Source of the DNA: Myxococcales bacterium UBA1238
GTDB lineage: Bacteria; Myxococcota_A; Bradymonadia; UBA7976; UBA1532
NCBI GenBank assembly: GCA_002309015.1
Contig: DBWM01000055.1
Coordinates: 76,310 to 114,633 of the forward strand
Length of the DNA stretch: 38,324 nucleotides
Reading direction: 5' to 3'
Made by a program: the position numbers and the translations under genes. This document shows positions 1-8,681 of the stretch, one piece after another. Numbering within the stretch: the first letter of the stretch is position 1; each line of letters begins with the position of its first letter. Below the pieces are notes generated by a model. The model ran no database searches, was not told the origin of the DNA, and saw only the letters and a list, made by a program, of their open reading frames with translations.

Positions 1-701
1 CCCACGAACATCTCCACAAAGTCGGAACCCGAGATGCTGAAGAAAGGCACCCCCGCTTCACCCGCAACGCCGCGCGCGAGCAGCGTCTTACCGGTTCCAG
101 GAGGCCCCATGAGCAGCACGCCCTTCGGAATTCTTCCACCTAACCTTGTGAATTTCTTAGGATTTTTCAAAAAGAGGACGATCTCTTCGAGCTCTTCCTT
201 GGCTTCCTCAACGCCGGCGATGTCGTCGAAGGTGACCTTCTTGGTGTTCTCGTTTAAAAGGCGCGCGCGGCTCTTGCCAAAGCTCATCGCCTTGGTGTTG
301 GTGCCCTGTAACTGCCTCATAAATAAGAAGAAAATCACCAGCAGGATCAGCATGGGCAGCCACGAGACGAGGATGCGCTGCCAGATGGAGTCCTTTTCTG
401 CAGGCTCATATTTAAAGGTAAACTTGGGATCGTTTTTAGCCTTTTGAGCCAGTTCCCTTTGAAAATCCTCGCCGATGGGGCCGTATACGGTGAACTTCGC
501 GCCGCCTTCTTTCAAGACGCCGTGGATTTCGGAGCCGTCGACGGTGAGGGACTGGACTTCGCCGCGATCGACCAAATCCACAAATTGATCCCAGCTTTTT
601 TCGCTCTCCTGGACGTTTGAGCCCGGCATGAATTGGTAAAAAGCCAAAAAGCAGCCCAGAAGAATCAGCCAAACGAACCCGGTTTTATAGGATTGGCGCA
701 C
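1..701 (-). CDS. ftsH: ATP-dependent zinc metalloprotease FtsH, 5' part (runs off the left edge; not in the ORF track)
   Basis: Manual translation from GTG at 701 (GAGGG upstream): [16 protein letters not shown]... two TM helices ...AMSFGKSRA...[21 protein letters not shown]...[44 protein letters not shown], i.e. Walker A plus FtsH signature segments. Confidence 0.97.
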   Translation of the reverse strand, partial: MRQSYKTGFVWLILLGCFLAFYQFMPGSNVQESEKSWDQFVDLVDRGEVQSLTVDGSEIHGVLKEGGAKFTVYGPIGEDFQRELAQKAKNDPKFTFKYEPAEKDSIWQRILVSWLPMLILLVIFFLFMRQLQGTNTKAMSFGKSRARLLNENTKKVTFDDIAGVEEAKEELEEIVLFLKNPKKFTRLGGRIPKGVLLMGPPGTGKTLLARGVAGEAGVPFFSISGSDFVEMFV

Positions 702-986
702 TTCGCCCTCTTTTTATGCAGTTCAATGGAGCCCTGAGCGGCGCAGCTTGCCCAAAGCCTCAAAAAATCGCGGGAAGCTAGCACAGCAGCCCATTTTCGG
801 CAACCGCCCGCCCCGCGGAAATGACGGCATTGTGAACACGAAGTGCAAGATGTCGAGCCTCTGTGACCATAAAACACATTCGCGCCCCATAACCAAAGGC
901 GTCCGATCTTCATTCCTAAGCCGCCCCAAACGCCTCCCGCAAGCCTGCAAGATTTGTTATAACGCGCGCACACGAAGGAAGAATTC

Positions 987-1799
987 ATGAATTTTACGAA
1001 TAAAATCGCGGAGTTCGTGCGTGATCGCTTCATTCCGGAAGATCGCGGAAACGGACATTTGGGCTGGTTCGAAGTGGGTCTCATCGCCGTAGGCGCGGTG
1101 GGGCTCGCGATCATGCAGTTTGGAGGCGCAGAACAGGTTTTTTACGACTGGTTTGCCGATGCCCTGCGCCGTCCCGTGGGCGATCTCTACGTCGCCTCTC
1201 CAAGAAGTCATCCTTTTTATTATTTGCTGAGTTTAACCCACTGGGTCGGCTTTTGCCTCATCGGATACGTGCTTCTGCCCGCCCTTTATTTAAAGCTGAC
1301 CGGCCGCAAGCTGCGCGATTTTTACCTTGGGTTCTCTGGATTTGCGCGTCACGCATGGACCTATGGGCTGCTTTTTCTGGTGGTCATCCTGCCCGTCGTG
1401 ATCGTCTCCTTCCAGCCCGCTTACCAGCAGATTTATCCCTTTTATCCCCACGCGCAGCGTTCCTGGTTCGACCTCATCGCCTGGGAACTCCTTTACGGCG
1501 TTCAGTTTTTTGCGCTCGAATTCTTTTTCAGGGCCTTTCTGCTGCAAGGCCTTCGCCCCTTCATCGGCTACGGCGCAGTGTTTTTTGCGGTCATCCCCTA
1601 CTGCATGCTGCATTTTCAGAAGACGCTCTCCGAAAGCCTGGGCGCCATCCTGGCGGGCATCGCGCTGGGCAGTTTAGCCATGAAATATCGCTCACTTTGG
1701 GGCGGCGTCTGCCTGCATTGGGCGATCGCCATCTCGATGGATCTGCTGAGCCTGTTTCAAAAAGGAAAGCTCCCCCAGGTCTTCTGGCCGTTTGAGTAG
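987..1799 (+). CDS. CPBP/Abi (CAAX type II) family intramembrane glutamic endopeptidase
   Basis: Multi-pass hydrophobic protein with LEFFFRAFLL (variant of EExxxR), YCMLHFQK and HWAIAISMD motifs; AAGGA upstream of the ATG. Confidence 0.88.
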   Translation: MNFTNKIAEFVRDRFIPEDRGNGHLGWFEVGLIAVGAVGLAIMQFGGAEQVFYDWFADALRRPVGDLYVASPRSHPFYYLLSLTHWVGFCLIGYVLLPALYLKLTGRKLRDFYLGFSGFARHAWTYGLLFLVVILPVVIVSFQPAYQQIYPFYPHAQRSWFDLIAWELLYGVQFFALEFFFRAFLLQGLRPFIGYGAVFFAVIPYCMLHFQKTLSESLGAILAGIALGSLAMKYRSLWGGVCLHWAIAISMDLLSLFQKGKLPQVFWPFE

Positions 1800-1817
1800 A
1801 TTTTATATCAATCCAGA

Positions 1818-2381
1818 CTAAGCCCATACCGTATGCTCCAGCAGAATCTTGAGCCCGATCCCGCAGAGCACCAGCCCGCCCAGAATCTCCATCTTTCCCC
1901 CAAATTTTTCGCCGAGCCTGCCCGCCAGAAACAGCGCAACCATCGAGAGAACAAAGGTGATCACCCCGATGAGCGCCGCTGCGCCCCAAACGGAAATCTC
2001 GATCATCGCAAAGCTGAGCCCCACCGCCAGCGCGTCGATGCTCGTCGCAACCGCCAGAATCAGCAGATTCTTGAACGAAAATAAATCATCCTTCAGATTT
2101 TCTTCGCCGCCCTTCAGGCCTTCATAGATCATTTTGCCGCCAATATATCCGAGCAAGCCGAAGGCCACCCAATGGTCAAAGGATTGAATATATTGAACAA
2201 AACTGCGACCGAGCGCCCAGCCCAGGATCGGCATCACCGCCTGAAACAGCCCGAAAGCGCCCGCCATCCGCAGCTTCGCGCCCATCCTGCGCCCCGACGG
2301 CATCACGCCCGCCCCCAGCGACACCGCAAACGCATCCATCGAAAGCCCCACCCCAATCAGAACCAGCTCAAATCCGCCCAT
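1818..2381 (-). CDS. mntP: Manganese efflux pump MntP
   Basis: GLSMDAFAVS and ATSIDALAVG repeats, FGLFQAVMP and DHWVAFGLL, all MntP/YebN features. Start placed at ATG 2381 by family length; 2399 or 2405 are possible. Confidence 0.93.
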   Translation of the reverse strand: MGGFELVLIGVGLSMDAFAVSLGAGVMPSGRRMGAKLRMAGAFGLFQAVMPILGWALGRSFVQYIQSFDHWVAFGLLGYIGGKMIYEGLKGGEENLKDDLFSFKNLLILAVATSIDALAVGLSFAMIEISVWGAAALIGVITFVLSMVALFLAGRLGEKFGGKMEILGGLVLCGIGLKILLEHTVWA

Positions 2382-2585
2382 TTCTGCGCCCTTTTTCATC
2401 TCCAAGGCCGCGCCTTATAACAGAACAAGGCCCGTAATGCCCCCCCAAAAGCACGATGTGACCGATTCACCGTTTTTGTATCGAATCCGCATTGACGCTC
2501 GCTTTTCCAGACGATTTTGCATAGTAAAGGAATTTTTGAGCCCGATTTGCCTTCACCAACGGGCATTCTTTTCGCGAGGCTTTTT

Positions 2586-5500
2586 ATGCAGTTTTCGACT
2601 CTCGCTTTTGGCCTTTCGAGCCTCCTATGGCTCCTGCCCGTCAGTGCAACGCCCCATTTTCACCCGCTCAGCAATCAGGGAACGCCTGAAAAAAACATCG
2701 TTTTTTCGCTCAACACGACCACCGGCGGCACCGTAATCGAAGCGGATCTGGATGGAGTTTGGCTTGAGACGATCACCAATGAACTGGGCGAATTCACGCA
2801 GGCCCGCTTCAGCGGCGGCGGCACCCATGGGTATCTAGGCGCTCCCAAACTGCCCGTTCTCCGAAAGCGCATCGCAGTGCCTTATGGCGGCGCCGTTCAC
2901 GTCACTTCCGAAGGCAGCGATCCGATCACCCTCCCGCTCGATCATCCGCTCGCTCCAGCCCAGCGCCCGCGCCTCAAAAACCGGGCGCCCGCGCCCACCG
3001 CTTACAACGCCGCAAGCTACCAGACCACCACGGGAGATGGTCAGGGCGTCCGCATCCTGAACGAAGAAAAGATGCGCGGCGTGCGCCATGTGCTCATCGA
3101 GATCTCGCCCACGATTTACGATCCACAGGCTCAGACCCTCACGCTGTATCGCCATCAAAAAATAACGGTCACCACTGAAGATCCCCGTTGGAACGAGACC
3201 GCCAGAACCCTGCGCAAAACGCTCCCCGGATTCACGCGCGAAGTGAACTCCACCATCCTCGGGGTCAACCGTCTGCTTGGCCAAAAAGGCACATTGCCAT
3301 CGACGCCCATCCATTATGTGGTGGTCGTAGCCGATCACAACAATCAGGGTTTTGAGCCCATTCTCACCCCTCTGATCGAGTGGAAGCAGAAAAAAGGCTT
3401 TAAAGTCACGGTGTTGCGCACCAGCGAGATCGGCCAGACCAAGGAAGAAATCAAAGCCCGGCTGCGCGAGCTTTACGAGTCACCCGATCCCCAAAAAGGC
3501 ATCCCCACTTACGTACTGCTCGTAGGCGATGTGGAACATATCCCCTATTGGAATGGCACTGCCGACTGCGACGACGATGACGACGATTTATGGAGTAACG
3601 ACGATCATGACGGGCAGGCAGCCGATCAGTTCTATGGCACCATGGATGCCGATGACGCCCATTTTGAAGAGGATCAACTCCCTGAATTCCACATCGGACG
3701 TTTTTCGGTTCACAACGCAAAAGAATTGCAAACCGTCGTTCACAAAACCCTCGCCTACGAAAAGCCTGAAAACCCCGATGCAGCCTGGTATCATCGCTCC
3801 CTTTGGGTGGCTTCCGACGATGTAGATGCCGAAGCTCAGCATACCTACGAATGGATTACCCCCGCTTTTGAGACGATCAACCACGAAATCACCACCGCTT
3901 ACAAAGCTGAAGTGGGCGAAACCGAAGCGCTCGATATCGCGCAATTGGCCATTCAACAAGGTCAGGCGCTCATCAATTACTCGGGCCACGGCGCCCATGG
4001 CGGCTGGCACTGCGTTCCCGTCGACAACGAATTTGTGAATTCTCTCCCCGACAGAGGCGCTTACCCCTTTGTCGTCACCAACGCCTGCGAATGCGGCCAG
4101 TTTCAATACAACAACAAAGGCGACTGCTTCAGCGAAACCTGGTTCAAAGCTCCTGGAGGAGGCGTCGCCTCCTGGGCATCCTCCAACTACTCGCTCTGGG
4201 GGTGGGACGATTTGCTCGCAAGGGGCCTCTGGGCAGCCATCATGCCCGAACTCCGCAACACCACATCTGGCAACTATTTTCTAGGCTACAACTGGCCCTC
4301 TGAAGAAGCCTACGACACGACAGGGATCGTCACCGATTTTGCAGAAAACCTGTTTGCAGAATTTGCAGAAACCTACGAGTACTCTTACTCCGCCACCCTG
4401 CCGCTCATCAACTATGTGCGCGAGGAATATAATCTTTTAGGCGATCCTTCGCTGCAAATCTGGACCCAAAACCCCAGGCGCGCGACGCTCGAAAGGCATG
4501 AAGCACCGATCATCGGTCTGCCGCAAATCTCTTTCACGCTCACCACAGAAGACGGCCCCGTCGCCAACGCATTGATTGCCCTTCATTCAGGGAACTTTGC
4601 AACCTCAGCCTACACCAACGCCCAGGGCGAAGTCACCCTTCAGACCAGTGATCTGGTCATTCCCGGCGAGTTCAGCCTCGTAGCCACCGGTCATAACATC
4701 ATTCCTGTCGAAACATCCCTTGTGTTTGACCCCGCCGACGGTCCTTACATCAACACATCGCAGCTCAGCTGGAATGACAGTGAAGGCGGCAACACACAGG
4801 GCAACGGTAATCAGCTTCCCAGCCCCGGAGAAACGCTCGCTCTCAATTTTACAGCCAAAAACTTCGGAGATCAGGCCACAGGCACCACCATCGCAACCCT
4901 CACTTCCGCGTTTACAGGCGTGCGCATCTTAAACGCATCCGTCTCATTCGACAGCTTTGAAGCGCAGGAAGAATCCAGCGGCCAGTTTCTTGTAGCCTTT
5001 GATCACTGCCAAAACCGTGAAAACATTCCCTTTTTAATCACCTTTACATCAGACAATCAAACCTGGACACGCAAGATATCTATCCTTTGCGGCAATGCGA
5101 TCAGCGGACATATCTGGGACGAAGAAACACAGAACGATATTGCCAATGCCACCATTGCCTGGCAAGGCACGAAGAGAGGTCAGACTCAAAGCGATGACAG
5201 TGGTCGCTTTGTCATTCAATACATCGATGACGGCGAATACAATCTGGTCGTTTCTCATCCGGATTATCACTCATCCAAAATCAATCAGACTGTACCCTGC
5301 GATCAGGATCTGGATATTCCCATGGGTTACAGCTTAGCCATCGCCACTCCCATCGAACTTCAGGCAACTCTGTCTCTCCCAACAGAAATTACGCCTGAGC
5401 CCCATCAGGATGTAAACATTTGGATTCAAAATACAGGTAACCGCGAGCTCAGCTATTCACTCATCCCACATTGGGGCAAAGGCGATGACAGCTACGGTTA

Positions 5501-7076
5501 CCGCTACGCCACCACCGACGATCATGAAATCGCCACCGAATGGATTGAGCCTGCAAATAAACGCACCATTCCCTTCTCGCGCACAACGCGCACCAAAGTC
5601 ATCTCACTCGAAAGCAACATTGCTTTTTACGGTGTCAAATACTTGAATCTCACGATCGGCGCGGACGGCTATCTTTCTTTTGCTTCAAAAATCCCAGAGG
5701 GCTTTATTGAAGCTCATTCCATTGAGGATAGCGCAATGCCCAGTCCCATCATCGCCGCTCATTACATGAACCTGACGCCCGAAAGCAGCGGATCTGTGTA
5801 TTACGGCAGTGATGAATCAAATTTTGTTGTCACATGGGATCACGTCCCAGGCGAAGATGGCAGTGGCCCATTCACATTCCAGATCGTTATCAGCAAAAAA
5901 GGACAAATCCACTTTAATTACAAGAACTTACCATCTCCGCAAGCCATCATCGGTTTTCAAAGCGCCCATGCAGACCATAGCTTAACGATTCAACCCCCCG
6001 AATATTTCCCCGCATCCATTTATATCGCCCAAAAAGCAGGCTTTATCACAGCCCCCAACGGTACCCAGAAACTCAGTCCTCAGAATGGCACCCGAATCAC
6101 ACTCTCCGTCAATGCCAACCAATTGCCAGAAGGCGTTTACACAAACCAATTGCATATCTCTACCAACAGTCCGCGCAACCCGAAGCTCATTTTGCCCTTA
6201 AAACTCACGATCGTAGATCACCTCGACAGCGATGACGACGGAATCGCAGACGAAATAGACAACTGTCCCCAGACGCCCAATCCGGATCAAGAGGATCGAA
6301 ACCAAAACGGACGAGGCGATCTCTGCGATTGCGCGTTCATCGGTTGCCAAAACAACGAATGTCAAACCGGTCAATGTCTTGGAAATGGCTTATGCAGCTA
6401 TCATTATCCAGAAGCGCAAACAGCCTGCCAGACCGACGCATGCGAAGAGGGCCATTGCGTCTCTGGAAAATGCCTGCCCAACCATGGCGCCGTTCCCCGT
6501 AAGAACTGCTGCCACAACGCCTCAGAATGCCCTCAGAGTCACGACTGCATCGATACGCGCTGCGTTCCCCCCAGCTGCTATCAATGCGACGATGACTGCG
6601 TGGAAGGTTACAGCTGCACCGAAACCCAGACCGGACGTTTTTGCCTCGCCCAATGCCAGATCAACTGCCCGGAAGGCTACAACTGCCAGGACGGCGTCTG
6701 CATGCCCGACAGCGACGACTGCAAATGCCCCGAATCCGATCAGCGCATCTGCCAGGGCAGCGATGTCTATACATTAAACACCTGCGACAAGCCCTCCCGT
6801 AAGCTCGAATCCTGCGGAGACAGAGGGTGCTACAAAGGCTCCTGCTGCAAGATTGGCGAGCAAGCCACCGAAACAGGCTGTGTGCCTTATCAAAATCCAG
6901 GCACAACCCCTGGCAAAGGGAACGGCGATGCTTCTGTCAGCGATGCTTCCATAGACGATCGACAGGGAGCAGGAAGCGATGACGGTTGCTCAAGCCTCCC
7001 CGGACAACACTCCAGCGCCTTTTTCTTGTTCGCACTCGCTCCATTTATGCTGCTCCGCAGGCGCTCCCGCCGTTAA
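2586..7076 (+). CDS. Gingipain-like C25 cysteine peptidase, multidomain, MYXO-CTERM-anchored
   Basis: Signal peptide MQFSTLAFGLSSLLWLLPVSA; C25 propeptide (GAPKLPVLRKRIAVP); C25 core (LIEWKQKKGF, YVLLVGDVEHIP, IGRFS, catalytic-type YSGHG with His at 3987 and TNAC with Cys at 4086, YNLLGDPSL); Ig-like, carboxypeptidase-regulatory-like and NIDO-like modules; one TSP3 unit (DSDDDGIADEIDNCPQTPNPDQED); Cys-rich stalk; tail DDGCSSLPG-TM-RRRSRR. Confidence 0.9.
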   Translation: MQFSTLAFGLSSLLWLLPVSATPHFHPLSNQGTPEKNIVFSLNTTTGGTVIEADLDGVWLETITNELGEFTQARFSGGGTHGYLGAPKLPVLRKRIAVPYGGAVHVTSEGSDPITLPLDHPLAPAQRPRLKNRAPAPTAYNAASYQTTTGDGQGVRILNEEKMRGVRHVLIEISPTIYDPQAQTLTLYRHQKITVTTEDPRWNETARTLRKTLPGFTREVNSTILGVNRLLGQKGTLPSTPIHYVVVVADHNNQGFEPILTPLIEWKQKKGFKVTVLRTSEIGQTKEEIKARLRELYESPDPQKGIPTYVLLVGDVEHIPYWNGTADCDDDDDDLWSNDDHDGQAADQFYGTMDADDAHFEEDQLPEFHIGRFSVHNAKELQTVVHKTLAYEKPENPDAAWYHRSLWVASDDVDAEAQHTYEWITPAFETINHEITTAYKAEVGETEALDIAQLAIQQGQALINYSGHGAHGGWHCVPVDNEFVNSLPDRGAYPFVVTNACECGQFQYNNKGDCFSETWFKAPGGGVASWASSNYSLWGWDDLLARGLWAAIMPELRNTTSGNYFLGYNWPSEEAYDTTGIVTDFAENLFAEFAETYEYSYSATLPLINYVREEYNLLGDPSLQIWTQNPRRATLERHEAPIIGLPQISFTLTTEDGPVANALIALHSGNFATSAYTNAQGEVTLQTSDLVIPGEFSLVATGHNIIPVETSLVFDPADGPYINTSQLSWNDSEGGNTQGNGNQLPSPGETLALNFTAKNFGDQATGTTIATLTSAFTGVRILNASVSFDSFEAQEESSGQFLVAFDHCQNRENIPFLITFTSDNQTWTRKISILCGNAISGHIWDEETQNDIANATIAWQGTKRGQTQSDDSGRFVIQYIDDGEYNLVVSHPDYHSSKINQTVPCDQDLDIPMGYSLAIATPIELQATLSLPTEITPEPHQDVNIWIQNTGNRELSYSLIPHWGKGDDSYGYRYATTDDHEIATEWIEPANKRTIPFSRTTRTKVISLESNIAFYGVKYLNLTIGADGYLSFASKIPEGFIEAHSIEDSAMPSPIIAAHYMNLTPESSGSVYYGSDESNFVVTWDHVPGEDGSGPFTFQIVISKKGQIHFNYKNLPSPQAIIGFQSAHADHSLTIQPPEYFPASIYIAQKAGFITAPNGTQKLSPQNGTRITLSVNANQLPEGVYTNQLHISTNSPRNPKLILPLKLTIVDHLDSDDDGIADEIDNCPQTPNPDQEDRNQNGRGDLCDCAFIGCQNNECQTGQCLGNGLCSYHYPEAQTACQTDACEEGHCVSGKCLPNHGAVPRKNCCHNASECPQSHDCIDTRCVPPSCYQCDDDCVEGYSCTETQTGRFCLAQCQINCPEGYNCQDGVCMPDSDDCKCPESDQRICQGSDVYTLNTCDKPSRKLESCGDRGCYKGSCCKIGEQATETGCVPYQNPGTTPGKGNGDASVSDASIDDRQGAGSDDGCSSLPGQHSSAFFLFALAPFMLLRRRSRR
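6984..7076 (+). other. MYXO-CTERM C-terminal sorting signal
   Basis: GCSSLPGQHSSAFFLFALAPFMLLRRRSRR-stop: Gly-Cys, short spacer, hydrophobic helix, Arg cluster. Confidence 0.88.
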
Positions 7077-7087
7077 CCCCCTGCCCA

Positions 7088-8668
7088 TTACTCTCCATCA
7101 CGCACACAAATGGCTTCACCAGCCGCTGTGACATCCGCCTGATAGCCATCCCTGCATTCACATACATAGCTGCCATATGTGTTAAAGCAGAGTCCAAACG
7201 CTCCACAGTGATGCAAAGGCTCGCCTTCATCCAGCTCCACGCATTCGTCGATATCCTCGCAGCCCATATCCATCATGCGAAAACCTTTGTTGCAAGCGCA
7301 GTTAAATCCACCTTCCGTATCCACGCAGCGACCATTTTTTGCAGCACAATCGTCGAGCCCGCGCGCGCATTCATCGATGTTGACACAGCGATGGTTTGCA
7401 GAATTGAGTTCAAAGCCCGGATTGCACGCACAATCAAACCCATCTTCCGTGTTCACGCAGAATCCATGAAGATGATCGCAGTCGTCCAGATTTAAGCGGC
7501 ATTCATCGCGATCAACACAGAGACCATCCTCTAAGTGATATCCCTGATTGCAAAGGCAAACGAACCCACCTTCGGTGTCATCGCAGCGTCCGTTTTCGTG
7601 ATCGCAGTCGTCAAGCCCCCGCGCGCATTCATCGATGTTGACACATCGTTCTATCGAGGCGTTAAACTCAAAACCCGCCATGCATGCGCAGTAAAAGCTG
7701 CCTTCAGTGTTCACACAGTTGCCGCGTTCCCGATCGCAACCATCTGAATTTAAACGACATTCATTGATATCTACGCAGGCATTGCCTTTCTTTTCGAAGC
7801 CTGCTTTGCATTGGCAATCCACAGATCCAAAATGATTCACGCAAATACTGTGTTCCGGACAATAGGCAAGCGCGCATTCATCGATGTCAACACAAAGCCG
7901 TCTCTCAGGATCCCATTCCAGGCCCTCGTTGCATAAGCATTCATAGCTTCCTCTTAAATTGACACACCGCCCATTCATATGGTCGCAACCATCTGATTCT
8001 AAAGCACATTCATCGATATCGACGCAACGATGGCTGTCTTTGCCCAGCTGAAAGCCTTCGTTGCATTTACAGCCATAAGAGCCCGGTTGATTCACACAGG
8101 CTCCATGCTTACGATCGCAATCATCGATGCCTTCCGCACATTCATCTCTGTCGATGCAATGCGGTGTAATGCTCAAAGGATCCTGTAAAAAGCCTTCATC
8201 GCAAAAACATTCAAAGCTGCCCTCACGGTCACTGCAAAAGCCGTGCAACCGATCGCAATCATCCAATCCCCAAGCGCATTCATCGAGATTGACGCAATCA
8301 AAAAGATCTTTAATTTCAAAACCTTCCTGGCATTCGCACCGATAGCTTCCCCATAAATTGACGCAATCGCCGTGCGTTCGATCGCAAGCGTCCAGACCTA
8401 AAGCGCATTCATCGAGATCTTCGCAGGTTTTGCCGTCTGAGCCTAACTCCAGACCATCATCGCAATCGCAGGCGATCCCACCGCCCTGCAAAACCCGGCA
8501 TCGACCATGTTCCCGATCGCAACCTGAATGCGCACAAGCGTCCTCTCCTGCCCCCTCTTCTTCGTGGTTCAGCCCACCATCCGGCTCCGGCTCCTGATTT
8601 TGCTCCGCTACGCAGCTCCCACAAAAAACGCCAATCCAGAACGCCCATTGCCGCATAACATTCTCCAT
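7088..8668 (-). CDS. Tandem calcium-binding EGF-like repeat protein (11 EGF modules), probable lipoprotein
   Basis: Ten (D/N)x(D/N)EC...CxN/DxxGxF/YxCxC modules plus one non-cb EGF. The N-terminus MRQWAFWIGVFCGSC looks like a short lipoprotein signal. Confidence 0.88.
   Translation of the reverse strand: MENVMRQWAFWIGVFCGSCVAEQNQEPEPDGGLNHEEEGAGEDACAHSGCDREHGRCRVLQGGGIACDCDDGLELGSDGKTCEDLDECALGLDACDRTHGDCVNLWGSYRCECQEGFEIKDLFDCVNLDECAWGLDDCDRLHGFCSDREGSFECFCDEGFLQDPLSITPHCIDRDECAEGIDDCDRKHGACVNQPGSYGCKCNEGFQLGKDSHRCVDIDECALESDGCDHMNGRCVNLRGSYECLCNEGLEWDPERRLCVDIDECALAYCPEHSICVNHFGSVDCQCKAGFEKKGNACVDINECRLNSDGCDRERGNCVNTEGSFYCACMAGFEFNASIERCVNIDECARGLDDCDHENGRCDDTEGGFVCLCNQGYHLEDGLCVDRDECRLNLDDCDHLHGFCVNTEDGFDCACNPGFELNSANHRCVNIDECARGLDDCAAKNGRCVDTEGGFNCACNKGFRMMDMGCEDIDECVELDEGEPLHHCGAFGLCFNTYGSYVCECRDGYQADVTAAGEAICVRDGE
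7256..7771 (-). repeat. Intragenic tandem duplication of a two-EGF unit (2 x 258 bp)
   Basis: EGF7-8 (7771-7514) and EGF9-10 (7513-7256) are each 86 aa and share ECRLN and NIDECARGLDDC. A 26-nt exact DNA match sits at 7362-7387 and 7620-7645, 258 bp apart. Confidence 0.85.
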
Positions 8669-8681
8669 TTTACTTAAAAAA

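Noticed and set aside
34-447. 137-aa plus-strand ORF
   Set aside because: Antisense shadow of ftsH, which occupies the minus strand with all expected motifs.
702-986. Possible ncRNA or small ORF in the ftsH-CPBP gap
   Set aside because: No recognisable RNA motif, and the short ORFs lack an RBS or family features. Space for two divergent promoters explains the gap.
2406-2585. yybP-ykoY Mn2+ riboswitch expected upstream of mntP
   Set aside because: I could not find the GGGGAGUAG-type core on the minus strand, and a candidate extended -10 sits just upstream of the gene. An Rfam scan would settle it.
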